DNA from: a virus
Lineage: Duplodnaviria > Caudoviricetes
Reading direction: 5' to 3' (one strand)
DNA: 64,000 nucleotides
IMG/VR virus record: IMGVR_UViG_3300028048_003124
In this document: in pieces, positions 48,840 through 58,437 of the stretch
How the letters are laid out: each line of letters begins with the position of its first letter
Numbering within the stretch: position 1 is the first letter of the stretch
Translations under genes and position numbers: made by a program
The notes under the pieces: model-generated
Told to the model about the DNA's origin: nothing
Database searches by the model: none
What the model saw: only the letters and a program-made list of their open reading frames with translations

Positions 48840-49835
48840 GTGATTGTTATGGATGATATTACAATGGATTTCAGTATAGATGATATTTTAAAAGATGAGC
48901 AGGAAGATTCCGATACAGAGGATGTACAAGATGGGGAAACTGTTTCCTTTTCTGAATTATCGGAGGATGTAATAGTGCCAAAGAAAGGTGTATTCTTGGG
49001 GCTAGATATATCTCAAAACTCATCGGGTATTTGCTTATATGTGGATGGTATTAAAACCACGTTCAATGCATCAGTAGAATACAAAGAGGGTAACCCTCAT
49101 GCTGAGGCTTTGATGAGAAAACAGTTAAAGGAAGATTTACTGGAAGTAATAGAGGGTCGACAGTTAGACTTAATCGTTATAGAGGACGTATTTGAGGGAA
49201 GCAATGCTGAGGTTGTAAGAAAGTTATATGCCTTAAACACTGCTATAGATGATTTAATTCTAGATGGTAAAGTTTCTTGCAAAGAGTTTGTAAGGGTACA
49301 GAATGGTACTTGGAAGAGTTGGCTTTCGGTAGTAGATAGCTCAGGAGAGTTTAAGGGCTTTAATGATAAAGAGAAAATCAAAGGGTACTTAAGTATGCTA
49401 GGGGTTGTAGAAGAAGGTAAAGGTTTTCAAGATAGATTAGATGCCACGGGTATGCTAATAGGATATTTCTTAAAAAAATCTGAGGGAGATATTGAGAAGT
49501 CCTCAAAAAAGAAAGGAATACGAGTAAACTTAAAGGATATTTCTTCTGCCTACGAAGTAGACCCTGATTTAATAGTAATGGAGGCTGCTTACGGCGAGGA
49601 AGATGCAAAGGTAATTTACATAAATGATAAAAAACTAACGAAGAAATCAATAGTAGAGTATATGTCCTCGGATATTTCTGCCATTTTTGTATCTAGTAAT
49701 CCTATAAAAATAGGGTTATTGGCTGATACTTTAAACCTACCCACAATTGAAGAAGGTGGGTACTTTGGTTTTTGGTTGGATAGTAAGGCGAGGAAAAAGT
49801 ATCAGAAAAGATTAGATAAACTTAAAGAGAGTTGA
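48840..49835 (+). CDS. RuvC-like Holliday junction resolvase with extra C-terminal domain
   Basis: FLGLDISQNSSG, IVIEDVF, WKS, DRLDA. Confidence 0.75.
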   Translation: MIVMDDITMDFSIDDILKDEQEDSDTEDVQDGETVSFSELSEDVIVPKKGVFLGLDISQNSSGICLYVDGIKTTFNASVEYKEGNPHAEALMRKQLKEDLLEVIEGRQLDLIVIEDVFEGSNAEVVRKLYALNTAIDDLILDGKVSCKEFVRVQNGTWKSWLSVVDSSGEFKGFNDKEKIKGYLSMLGVVEEGKGFQDRLDATGMLIGYFLKKSEGDIEKSSKKKGIRVNLKDISSAYEVDPDLIVMEAAYGEEDAKVIYINDKKLTKKSIVEYMSSDISAIFVSSNPIKIGLLADTLNLPTIEEGGYFGFWLDSKARKKYQKRLDKLKES

Positions 49836-49841
49836 TATTTT

Positions 49842-50381
49842 ATGAGGTTTGTGGTGTGTACCTATACAAACCAAGATACCTATGTAAAATTAGAACCCAC
49901 CTCTTGTTGTAGGTTAGAAGATTATAGAATAGCTTTAAAAGAAGCATCCTCATCGGGTATTTTTTATGCTAAGACAATATATGATAGCTTTCAAGATAAA
50001 ATAGTTTTTATAAACAAGTATGTATCAGAGTTGGGCAGGTATTTAGGAATAAATCTAATTAATGGCAATGAGAAGGAGAGGTTAGGTTTTATACTAAATT
50101 CTTTCTTTGTTAAGATAGGTGATAGTGCTTGTTTAAAAAGCAAGAGACCTATTGGTATAGATTTAATATACTACGATAAGGAAGGCAACAAGATCTGTAC
50201 TGATCTAGAGGATTTTAAATCTACACGAAAAGATGTATCTTTTTTAGTAGATGGTGTATTAGATGTTTGCAGTTCTATGTATGGAAATGTAAATTCTATT
50301 TATTGGGATTCCTATGGTGATGACGTAGGGTATAGCTTAATTAATGATGAAGTTATAATACGCAAAGGTCATATTTTATAA
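49842..50381 (+). CDS. Hypothetical protein
   Basis: 179 aa ORF in operon. Confidence 0.6.
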   Translation: MRFVVCTYTNQDTYVKLEPTSCCRLEDYRIALKEASSSGIFYAKTIYDSFQDKIVFINKYVSELGRYLGINLINGNEKERLGFILNSFFVKIGDSACLKSKRPIGIDLIYYDKEGNKICTDLEDFKSTRKDVSFLVDGVLDVCSSMYGNVNSIYWDSYGDDVGYSLINDEVIIRKGHIL

Positions 50382-50409
50382 ATTTTAAAAGAATTGGAGA
50401 AGTGTAAAA

Positions 50410-50865
50410 ATGGCTGAGAGTAGATTTTGTCAAAACTGCGGTAATAAGGTGGTGAGCGGAGTTCGATTTTGCTCGAATTGCGGGGCTGATTTAGGAGTTC
50501 AGTCTGGTGTAGGCTCTGATAACGTAAATAACGGTAATTTCGTTAATAATAATTTTAATCCTTATTCACAACCGACTAATTATGGGGAGCCTTTTGTATA
50601 TAATGAAACGGTTAATACGTCTTTAGAAAAGGCTAATGACTGGGCGACGTTAGCGTTGGTATTCTCCATATTAGGAATATGGTTTTTACCTTTTACAATA
50701 ACGGGCACTGTTTTTAATGTGAAGGCAAGAAAGGCTAGATCCACAAAGACTGGTTTTCTGATTGCGGCAACTATTTTGAATGTAATAGGTTACATCTTTG
50801 CTTTAATGTGGGCTATAGCTATATCATTCTTTATAGCTCTAATGGTAAATGGACCTTACTATTAA
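50410..50865 (+). CDS. Zinc-ribbon membrane protein
   Basis: FCQNCG...FCSNCG, N-rich linker, C-terminal TMs. Confidence 0.75.
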   Translation: MAESRFCQNCGNKVVSGVRFCSNCGADLGVQSGVGSDNVNNGNFVNNNFNPYSQPTNYGEPFVYNETVNTSLEKANDWATLALVFSILGIWFLPFTITGTVFNVKARKARSTKTGFLIAATILNVIGYIFALMWAIAISFFIALMVNGPYY

Positions 50866-50889
50866 TAAGTGAGTGAGTGGTGTCGGTAA

Positions 50890-51327
50890 ATGTATGATTA
50901 CAATAATATGAATTACTTGACAGACCAAAATGGGTATTCTCTAGACCCGAATATGGGTATGTATGGCTATCCAGAGGATATAAATCTTGGGATGCCCTAC
51001 CCCATGGGTAATATGCAGGGAATGGCAGGCATGCAAGGCATGCAGGGTGGCTACCCCCAGAACAATGATAACATGGGTGGAATAGCTCCAACCCAGCAGA
51101 GCATAAAGGATTATGTGTGCTTGGCTTCTGGTTGTTACTCTGTAGATGTAGTTGACGAGTTCGAAACTCTTAGGGCGAGACATATATGTGAGGGTACTAA
51201 GTTGATACAGGTATTAAACAGAACTTTTATACCTGTGCCAACAACAAAGGGTATGGTTAATGTTGAGGTATTTTTCTGTCCTATGTGTAGGAAGTTAATC
51301 ATTAATAAGTCCAGCATGATACTCTAA
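50890..51327 (+). CDS. Hypothetical protein (M/G/Q/Y low-complexity N-terminus, Cys/His C-terminus)
   Basis: GNMQGMAGMQGMQGG; HIC...FCPMC. Confidence 0.65.
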   Translation: MYDYNNMNYLTDQNGYSLDPNMGMYGYPEDINLGMPYPMGNMQGMAGMQGMQGGYPQNNDNMGGIAPTQQSIKDYVCLASGCYSVDVVDEFETLRARHICEGTKLIQVLNRTFIPVPTTKGMVNVEVFFCPMCRKLIINKSSMIL

Positions 51328-51376
51328 GAAGCTTAGATTTTATTTTTCTGATAAATCAAAAACTTTTTAGAAGGTC

Positions 51377-51405
51377 TTGCAAAATAGAATGATATATGGT
51401 AAGAT
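51377..51405 (+). promoter_or_regulatory. sigmaA-type promoter (extended -10)
   Basis: TTGCAA-N17 (ending TGG)-TAAGAT. Confidence 0.6.
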
Positions 51406-51478
51406 AGCATCACAAAATCAATTTAGTTGGTTTTGTGGTGCTTACTTTATTAAAAACAGAAACAAGGAGAAATGACAA

Positions 51479-52159
51479 ATGAAAAGAGCAAGAATTACCA
51501 TGTATCGCGAGAATATCGTCGAGGACTTAAGCATTGTTGATGACGCCATCAGCAATGGGGCTGTTTTAAACAGGGAAGAATGGTTTGACTTTGTATTTAA
51601 GATGGCTTTTGTTGGGAAGTTAAATAAAAATATTTTTAAGTATTACCTCTTTAATAAGAGGTTGGTATGGTTGGCAGAAGCGTATGCAGATGCATTACAT
51701 AGTGTAACAACTATTATCAACAATGGCTTCACCAAAACAGGGTATGAGAGAATGGTAAGCCGTGTTGCATCCAACATGAATAAGTTGGTCTACCGTAAAA
51801 ATCCTTTCACTTGTATCGGCTGTGATAGGGACGGAGTGAACTACATTAGGGTATATGCTGACGAAGAGCGCGTTGGTGTTTTTCCTGTAAGATCTAAAAA
51901 AGAAGCCGTTAAGGGAATTGTTGTATTGACTAGATATTTCTCTTCGATTGCAGATGGTGTTCCGCATGATGTAGAGTTTGTTAATTTTCTCGATGGTTTT
52001 CTTTCGGCGGAGTTGGATAGAATCCTCTTCAACGAGAGACCAACTCCGTATGTATGCTTAAATGATTCTGATAGGTTGGCTTGCCAGCTAAGTAGAGCAG
52101 GGTACAATTATTACGGAGATGAGAAAGTAATACCGATTGTACGAGCTGTTTCTTGGTAA
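51479..52159 (+). CDS. Hypothetical protein
   Basis: RBS AAGGAG, 226 aa, upstream promoter. Confidence 0.7.
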   Translation: MKRARITMYRENIVEDLSIVDDAISNGAVLNREEWFDFVFKMAFVGKLNKNIFKYYLFNKRLVWLAEAYADALHSVTTIINNGFTKTGYERMVSRVASNMNKLVYRKNPFTCIGCDRDGVNYIRVYADEERVGVFPVRSKKEAVKGIVVLTRYFSSIADGVPHDVEFVNFLDGFLSAELDRILFNERPTPYVCLNDSDRLACQLSRAGYNYYGDEKVIPIVRAVSW

Positions 52160-52170
52160 TAAATATGTAG

Positions 52171-52208
52171 CACCTCATACAGTCGGGTAAGATTGTATGA
52201 GGTGTTTT
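52171..52208 (+). terminator. Hairpin/terminator overlapping the next RBS
   Basis: CACCTCATACAGTC-GGGTAA-GATTGTATGAGGTG followed by TTTT. Confidence 0.65.
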
Positions 52209-53741
52209 ATTATGGCTAAAAATTATTCTGATGAGTTTGTAGAAGATACTTTTGAAGAAGATACTTACGATGAGTATGAAGATGATTACCCCGAGGAGTA
52301 TGATGAAGAGTATGACGAGGAATACGATGAGGATACTGAATGGTCTGAGGAAGATAGCGGTTTTGTAAGTGAAGAAGATTTAAATTATCAGGAAGATTAC
52401 GGTGATGAAGATCGTGTCGATGATATTGAGGATGCCAAAGATGCTGATGACGCTATGGCTAGAGCTCTACATATCGACAAGGGTAGTTTTTCAATATCAA
52501 TGGGTACAATTAGTATAGATGATATTGTTATTCCAACTCCTATAAAAGATAGCAGGAAAGAGACATACTTAGGTCTAATGCGGTCTGTCGAAGAGTTAGG
52601 GGTACTATACCCTATCCACGTAATGATACTAGAGGGGTATGCTGACTATGTAGAAGATAACGGTTCAGACGAGGGGTATGAGGGACCTAAGTACTTACTA
52701 CTCGATGGTCTAAGGCGTATTTTTGCGTCCAAAAAGAATGGTATAAACAGAGTTAATGCTGTTATATATGATTTTGTAGACAAAGAAAAAGGCTCCGATA
52801 TGGTAAATATACTAAGCCTTATTCTAAATAAAACACAGAGAAAGTCTTGGGCAGAAGTCTGGTATATGCAACAGGTACTTGAAGGTCAGTCTGACTTATC
52901 TCCAGGTAATGTAGAGTATCTGTTACAATTAGAACCAGGCGATGCTATGAAGTTAAAAGAGGTAATGTCGCGAAGATCTGAGTTTCCTGAACCTGCTGAG
53001 GATCTTTTAAGTAAAAAGAAAACACTACAACAGGCTTATAATATGCTAAATAAGCAAATGAAGGAGCAGGATCAGCTCGCCAAGGAAGATGTTAGTGGTG
53101 TAAGTGAGTTAGATGAGGCAGAAGGCGTGGTAGAAGAGGGTACAGATGACGGAAAATTGTCTGATGATGAAGTAAAAGAAATTCTAGATATGGAGAGTTC
53201 CTTTGAGGGTGATTTATCAGATGATGAGTTTGATGAACTAATGGGTAATAATATACCAAATGAACGTCAGACAGTTGGTGAGAGACATCCGCTTGATCCA
53301 GCATTAAGAGCAGCAGTACTTGCAAGAGATGGTTATTGTTGTCAGGTAACAGGTAGAGGAAAAGATTTACCTGCTCCTATCGCACTAAGTATACTTAATG
53401 TTCATCATAAAATACCAGTATCGGATGGTGGAGAGGATACACTTGAAAACTTAATAACGGTAGAGCTTAGTGTTCATACTTTAATTCACGTTATACAAAG
53501 AAATGGCGGCAAGTTGGGTATGTCTAAAGAAAAGTTTGATGCTCTAGATGAGGAAGAGAAGAAATTTATAACAGGTGTAATGAAGCTTGCTCGAATTGCC
53601 GTAGAAGCTGATAGACGTACTGGTAAAACTAAAGATCAGGTAAGAAAAGATACGTCAGATGCTGTTCGTTTTAAGATGCCAGGTTTAGTGCAAAGGGAGA
53701 ATATGGAAGCCATAGCTAAGGCTAAAATTAAAGAAGGTTAG
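52197..53741 (+). CDS. ParB/Srx-domain + HNH nuclease fusion with very acidic N-terminus
   Basis: SVEELGVLYPI...LLDGLRRI (ParB); RAAVLARDGYCCQ...VHHKIP...GGEDTLENL...H..IH (HNH). Likely start ATG 52212. Confidence 0.8.
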   Translation: MRCFIMAKNYSDEFVEDTFEEDTYDEYEDDYPEEYDEEYDEEYDEDTEWSEEDSGFVSEEDLNYQEDYGDEDRVDDIEDAKDADDAMARALHIDKGSFSISMGTISIDDIVIPTPIKDSRKETYLGLMRSVEELGVLYPIHVMILEGYADYVEDNGSDEGYEGPKYLLLDGLRRIFASKKNGINRVNAVIYDFVDKEKGSDMVNILSLILNKTQRKSWAEVWYMQQVLEGQSDLSPGNVEYLLQLEPGDAMKLKEVMSRRSEFPEPAEDLLSKKKTLQQAYNMLNKQMKEQDQLAKEDVSGVSELDEAEGVVEEGTDDGKLSDDEVKEILDMESSFEGDLSDDEFDELMGNNIPNERQTVGERHPLDPALRAAVLARDGYCCQVTGRGKDLPAPIALSILNVHHKIPVSDGGEDTLENLITVELSVHTLIHVIQRNGGKLGMSKEKFDALDEEEKKFITGVMKLARIAVEADRRTGKTKDQVRKDTSDAVRFKMPGLVQRENMEAIAKAKIKEG

Positions 53742-53899
53742 TCGTACATTAAAAGTACATAGAAAGTGCATAACGAGTATGTTATATTGTTAAGTATTTA
53801 TGGTATATTTTCTATAAAACAGGCATAATAACAATATGTTTCAAGTTTAGGCTGTAGTACATTCATATTCGATAATAAACAACGACGGGGGTAATTAAC

Positions 53900-54688
53900 A
53901 TGATTTTTAGGACAGATGGGTTACTAACTTCTAAGGATATGCAAGATGCTTTATTTAATATATTAAGTAAAGGACTAAAGGGTGATTCAAAGTATGCATT
54001 CAAGGGAGGGTACATTGTATCTAATTTTCTAACAAAAAATATGAGGGCTACAAAGGATATAGATATGTCTGTTGTAGACAAGCAGACATATCTAAAAGTA
54101 GTGGAGTTGGTAAAGCCATTATTAGAAGAGTGGAAGGCAGAGGGGCAAATATTCGGGTATGACACCAAGCCGCCAGTAGTAACTGAAACAAAAAGAACTA
54201 GCGGTTTTGTTAAGATGTACCGTAAAACTAGTGATAATACGCCTAAAAGAAAAATTTGTGGTATAGATATAAGTGAACATAGTTTGACATTCGGTATAGT
54301 ATCTATAAACAATGGGGTAAATGTCTTTTCTGTTGAGAGAATGTTATCAGATAAGCTTGCGGTTGTTTTTTCAAATCCTGTAAAGTTAAAGAAGCGTTGT
54401 AGAGATTTGTATGATATTTATCTATTTGACCTAATAGGTGCAAAGATTGATGTAGATGTGCTAAGAAGTGGCTTAAATTATCATAACATAGATATCTTCA
54501 GTATATCGGCATTAGAGAGAATGGTTTTAACTGATATATCGGAACTATTGTATGCGTTGGAAATTATGTTAAAGGGTGGGCAGAGAGTACCATTAAATGA
54601 GAAAGGCTTGTCTACCGTAACACCAGAGGTATTAGTTTCGGAGAATATAAGAATACTTGACCTGCTAAGGAGTTGGTTTATGTGCTGA
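53900..54688 (+). CDS. AbiEii-family nucleotidyltransferase toxin
   Basis: YAFKGG, RATKDID, DKL, RCRDLYDI. Confidence 0.85.
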   Translation: MIFRTDGLLTSKDMQDALFNILSKGLKGDSKYAFKGGYIVSNFLTKNMRATKDIDMSVVDKQTYLKVVELVKPLLEEWKAEGQIFGYDTKPPVVTETKRTSGFVKMYRKTSDNTPKRKICGIDISEHSLTFGIVSINNGVNVFSVERMLSDKLAVVFSNPVKLKKRCRDLYDIYLFDLIGAKIDVDVLRSGLNYHNIDIFSISALERMVLTDISELLYALEIMLKGGQRVPLNEKGLSTVTPEVLVSENIRILDLLRSWFMC

Positions 54689-55134
54689 GATCTAGAAATC
54701 TTAAGGATATTAGTGTTTGCAATGATTATTGGTTGGATAGAATATCCAGTTTCAGTTCTATTATCGGAGAGACAGCCGCTATATACAATGGGTATTCTTA
54801 TGGAGATCCAAATAATACAATGTTATGTAGAACAAATGTAAGATGGTTAAATGGTTTCTTTACTGGATTAAGGCGTTTTGTGTATCTTGAAAATTATGAT
54901 GACGTCAAGGGTATATATAATGGTTTTCCATCAAAGGAACGAACGATTTGTGATTTCTTAATGTATCCAAAGGAATTAGGGGCAGAGCTATATCTAATTG
55001 ATACATTAAATGGGTATAGCGAGGAAAATGACGGTGATTTTAGCAAGGTCTATGAAATGATGGCAGAGCTTGGTATCGAGAGAGGTAAGCTTGACTACTG
55101 GTTAGATCATTTAGATGATTATAGTGATGAATAG
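54673..55134 (+). CDS. Putative AbiEi-like antitoxin (C-terminal domain only)
   Basis: ETAAIYNGY and SKERTICDFL motifs; overlaps the AbiEii gene. Confidence 0.5.
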   Translation: MVYVLRSRNLKDISVCNDYWLDRISSFSSIIGETAAIYNGYSYGDPNNTMLCRTNVRWLNGFFTGLRRFVYLENYDDVKGIYNGFPSKERTICDFLMYPKELGAELYLIDTLNGYSEENDGDFSKVYEMMAELGIERGKLDYWLDHLDDYSDE

Positions 55135-55145
55135 CAGGTGTTTTT

Positions 55146-55973
55146 ATGTTATTAACTACAAATATTAGTAGTAGAGATGCTTTTTTATTGTCCTCAACTT
55201 CAAGGGGAGTACAGAAGAAATGGGTAAAGTCGGGATATTATTACAAAGCTGATACATTTGGGTATGAGTGTATATCCGAGGCACTTGCAAGTCAATTGTG
55301 TTACAATATTGCTGGTTTCAGAGAGGGTATAGACTACGCAGATTACAGCTTATGTAATATACGTCTTGATGGTGAGCTTTTGTGTGGCTGTTATAGTAAA
55401 AATTTTTTAGGTAACGGGGAGAGTATAATATCTTTTGCAAAAGTATTAGAGTCTGTATTAACAAAAGAAGATTGTCAGAGGCTGTTCTCCAACTCGAATA
55501 AAGGTAAACCCTTACTAGAGGATATTGTGTCTGTATGTTCTATGGGTACAGGTGTTAGTGAAGATGCCATTAAGTCTTATTTAGCCAGGGTGCTACAATT
55601 AGATGCTATAATTCTAAACCCTGATAGGCATCTAAATAATCTTGCATTTATACGAAGTAAGAGTGGTACTTATCGGCTTGCACCTATTTATGATAATGGG
55701 CTAGCTTTTCTTGCAGATACTATAACATTCGGCTTTGAGAGAAAGATGCAGCAAATGGTGCGGTCTGTAAAATCCAAGCCGTTTAGTAATTCATTTAAGA
55801 AACAGGTGGGCTACATTACAGATTATGGTTTATTGCCCATAAGTATAAAAGGTTTATATAATGATTTAAAAAATTATTCACCGCCTTTTAAGCATAAAGG
55901 CTATAGAAGAGCTTGTAAAGTATTAGAAATGCGATTAAAAGAATTGGAGGGTATAGCATGGAGAAGGGTGTAA
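55146..55973 (+). CDS. HipA-family kinase (catalytic domain)
   Basis: GVQKKW, SEALAS, DAIILNPDRHLNNL, LAPIYDNG. Confidence 0.85.
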   Translation: MLLTTNISSRDAFLLSSTSRGVQKKWVKSGYYYKADTFGYECISEALASQLCYNIAGFREGIDYADYSLCNIRLDGELLCGCYSKNFLGNGESIISFAKVLESVLTKEDCQRLFSNSNKGKPLLEDIVSVCSMGTGVSEDAIKSYLARVLQLDAIILNPDRHLNNLAFIRSKSGTYRLAPIYDNGLAFLADTITFGFERKMQQMVRSVKSKPFSNSFKKQVGYITDYGLLPISIKGLYNDLKNYSPPFKHKGYRRACKVLEMRLKELEGIAWRRV

Positions 55974-56323
55974 ATTATAGCAAGTTTCAATATTTGTATG
56001 AAGATACGATATTTGCTGATGTAACGATAAAAGATGATGGGGTATATTTTGTAAACTACGCAAATAACCCCATAGATTGTCCATTCGGTGTATCAAGGAG
56101 TCCTGTGTCAAAAGAAAAGTTAATTGCCTTTTTTAAGACACGAACAATACCTGAGACGAGAGCCAATTTGCAGGATGTGCTGGAGTCAGGAGGGTTTTTG
56201 TATTATGATGCGCCAAATCTTATAAAAAGAAACCATGGGGTAATGTCTGACGACTGCTACTGGATTAGGTTTGAGGGAGAAAACTTAACTTGGGATGACG
56301 TAAAACATTTGCGTGGGGTATAA
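55958..56323 (+). CDS. HipA N-terminal-like (HipS/coupler-like) protein
   Basis: FFKTRTIPETR...HGVMSDDCYW resembles the N-terminal part of 61667..62818. Confidence 0.6.
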   Translation: MEKGVNYSKFQYLYEDTIFADVTIKDDGVYFVNYANNPIDCPFGVSRSPVSKEKLIAFFKTRTIPETRANLQDVLESGGFLYYDAPNLIKRNHGVMSDDCYWIRFEGENLTWDDVKHLRGV

Positions 56324-56348
56324 AGGCAAGAAGATAAATAGTTTAATT

Positions 56349-56379
56349 AAAAGCATACATATTATAATGTATGCTTTTT
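56349..56379 (+). terminator. Rho-independent terminator (possibly bidirectional)
   Basis: AAAAGCATACAT-N6-ATGTATGCTTTT. Confidence 0.8.
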
Positions 56380-56509
56380 GTTTTAGAGTAGGTACACAAT
56401 TATTGACTTAAAAATTTTAATAGGTTTCTATTTATATATTAACTTAGAAGTTATTAAATAGTATGTGTTTATTTAAATCTTATTTATTTGTTATATTTGG
56501 AGATATATT

Positions 56510-57274
56510 ATGAGAAGGTTGTTGATTGGCTCATATTTTTTGGTAATTGCTTATTGTTATATGTTTCTACTTTCAGGGTGTGGTTTGCTTAACAGTAAGT
56601 TAAGCAATGAAGTAGAAACCTATGCTATAGAGACATATAGCGAAGATAGAAAAACAGAGGTATTAGAAAAAGAAGGACTATCAGAGAGCTCTTTAAACCT
56701 ATATCAACAGTCTGTTGTAGAATCTGCATTAAGTATTTTTAATTATATAGATTATAAATACCCAAACAATAATTTTAAATATATTTGTATTACCCCATCT
56801 GAGTTGTTAAATGGTAATACAGCTACTTTAGAGGTACAAAGTGAGTATGGTGTAGTAAAAGCTAAGAGAAGTTATAATGGTGAAAAGCTTGAGTTTTCGG
56901 ATAACTATGACGAAGTAAAAGCAGGGTATAGTGCTAAGGTAGATGTAGAAGAGTTTCTTTCAGAATATATACAAAAGGGTTATTTTTTCGTGAAAGTATA
57001 TCCCACAAATGGCTCGAATGAGAGCAAATGGGGTACTTGTGGTTCTATTTATTTTTATGCAGATGGTAGCAGTATATCTGTGGATGATTTCAAAGAATAT
57101 ATACAAGTATTAGAAGATTTTTCGAAGAAGTTACCAGTGAATTACGAAGTCTTTGGGTACTTAACTGTAGATAGGAATACCCTAAGTTACTATATGTTAG
57201 ACACAAAAGGTAATTATGATTCTAGAGATTTTATCTTAGAGTATAGTTTTAAAGAGTACAGTACAAAGAATTAA
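56510..57274 (+). CDS. Putative lipoprotein
   Basis: Hydrophobic signal with lipobox LLSGC. Confidence 0.7.
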   Translation: MRRLLIGSYFLVIAYCYMFLLSGCGLLNSKLSNEVETYAIETYSEDRKTEVLEKEGLSESSLNLYQQSVVESALSIFNYIDYKYPNNNFKYICITPSELLNGNTATLEVQSEYGVVKAKRSYNGEKLEFSDNYDEVKAGYSAKVDVEEFLSEYIQKGYFFVKVYPTNGSNESKWGTCGSIYFYADGSSISVDDFKEYIQVLEDFSKKLPVNYEVFGYLTVDRNTLSYYMLDTKGNYDSRDFILEYSFKEYSTKN

Positions 57275-57281
57275 GATATTA

Positions 57282-57310
57282 TTGTATAAAATACAGATTT
57301 ATGGTAAAAT
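57282..57310 (+). promoter_or_regulatory. sigmaA-type promoter (extended -10)
   Basis: TTGTAT-N17 (ending TGG)-TAAAAT, same pattern as the gyrA and gyrB promoters. Confidence 0.7.
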
Positions 57311-57340
57311 ATAAACGATATAGATAGGTGGTAGTTATTT

Positions 57341-57598
57341 ATGATTAATAAAATATTGGTAGAGCAGCTAACTGTATATTATCCTGCTATATTAGAGAGA
57401 GCAAAGATGGATGGCATAAAGATTGAAACACCACTAAACAGGGTAATAAGTGACGGTGTTTTGTCTATGCGTAAAGAGTATTCTTTATCTAGCTTTGATA
57501 AAATATTATTGTTATTGAATAAGGCAGGTTTTATATGGGAAGTATGGGGTAATAATTACTTCACATACACAATAGTAATAAGAGGGTACTTAGCTTAA
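57341..57598 (+). CDS. Hypothetical protein
   Basis: 85 aa, RBS AGGTGG. Confidence 0.6.
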   Translation: MINKILVEQLTVYYPAILERAKMDGIKIETPLNRVISDGVLSMRKEYSLSSFDKILLLLNKAGFIWEVWGNNYFTYTIVIRGYLA

Positions 57599-57617
57599 AT
57601 AAAAAGGGGTTGTAAAT

Positions 57618-58058
57618 TTGAAAAGGATTTCAAAAGATAAGTATTATTTAAATATCGCTTTTGCTGTATGTAAGAGGTCTAATTGTCTTAAGAGGCATTA
57701 TGGTGCAGTAATTGTAAAAGATGATGTCATAGTAGCTACAGGGTACAATGGATCACCAAGAGGAGAGGAAAACTGCTGTGATGTAGGTTTTTGTAATAGG
57801 TTATCTGTGCCGAGTAATTATGGTGATTATTCGGGATGTCATTCAGTACATGCTGAGCAGAATGCTTTACTTGCCACAGATAGGTCTAAGCTGATAGGAG
57901 CTACGCTTTATCTTGCAGGTGAAGAATATCTTGAAGATATGATATACGATGTTGGTTTTGTTTATAAAAGGATGGATAAATGTGTACCTTGTCCTATCTG
58001 CAAGAGAATGATAGATAATGCTGGTATAGCAAGGGTTGTAGGTGAGTTAAATGAGTAA
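57618..58058 (+). CDS. dCMP deaminase (ComEB-like)
   Basis: RSNC.KRHYGAVIV, TGYNG, VHAEQNA, PCPIC. Confidence 0.92.
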   Translation: MKRISKDKYYLNIAFAVCKRSNCLKRHYGAVIVKDDVIVATGYNGSPRGEENCCDVGFCNRLSVPSNYGDYSGCHSVHAEQNALLATDRSKLIGATLYLAGEEYLEDMIYDVGFVYKRMDKCVPCPICKRMIDNAGIARVVGELNE

Positions 58059-58416
58059 TGTCTTTGAAAACAAACCACTGTTAACAGAATTAATGAAGGG
58101 CGAAGAGGGTAAGTTAACCTCTTTGGTAGATGATATAAAAGCTGTATCTTGGTGCTTTGAGGATAATCCTAACAAAGTGGCAGGCGGTTATATAAAAGTA
58201 ACAATGTATTGCTACTTTAATGTTTATAAGGATATAAAAACTGTAGAGGAGTATTTTCATATATTCTTGAGAAGCACAAGATCTAACAAATACGTTGGTG
58301 TTAAGAGTTTCGTGTATTGGAAATTCATAGGGAATAACACAGGTATTGCTAAAGAGATATTAAACTTGATCGAAAATAGTGGAACTGATGGAAGCTATAT
58401 GGTAACTATATGGTAA
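58051..58416 (+). CDS. Hypothetical protein
   Basis: 121 aa, overlaps the upstream stop. Confidence 0.6.
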   Translation: MSNVFENKPLLTELMKGEEGKLTSLVDDIKAVSWCFEDNPNKVAGGYIKVTMYCYFNVYKDIKTVEEYFHIFLRSTRSNKYVGVKSFVYWKFIGNNTGIAKEILNLIENSGTDGSYMVTIW

Positions 58417-58437
58417 TTAATAATAAATAGGTGGAGG

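Noticed and set aside
48840-49835. TnpB/Cas12-like RNA-guided nuclease
   Set aside because: Compact contiguous RuvC resolvase motifs; no Zn ribbon, IS ends or room for a guide RNA.
53784-53837. ATATTGTTA/TAACAATAT inverted repeat upstream of abiEii as an AbiEi operator
   Set aside because: Only 9 bp, AT-rich and widely spaced; compatible with chance.
56380-56388. GTTTTAGAG resembling the start of a type II CRISPR repeat
   Set aside because: Single occurrence; no array and no cas genes.
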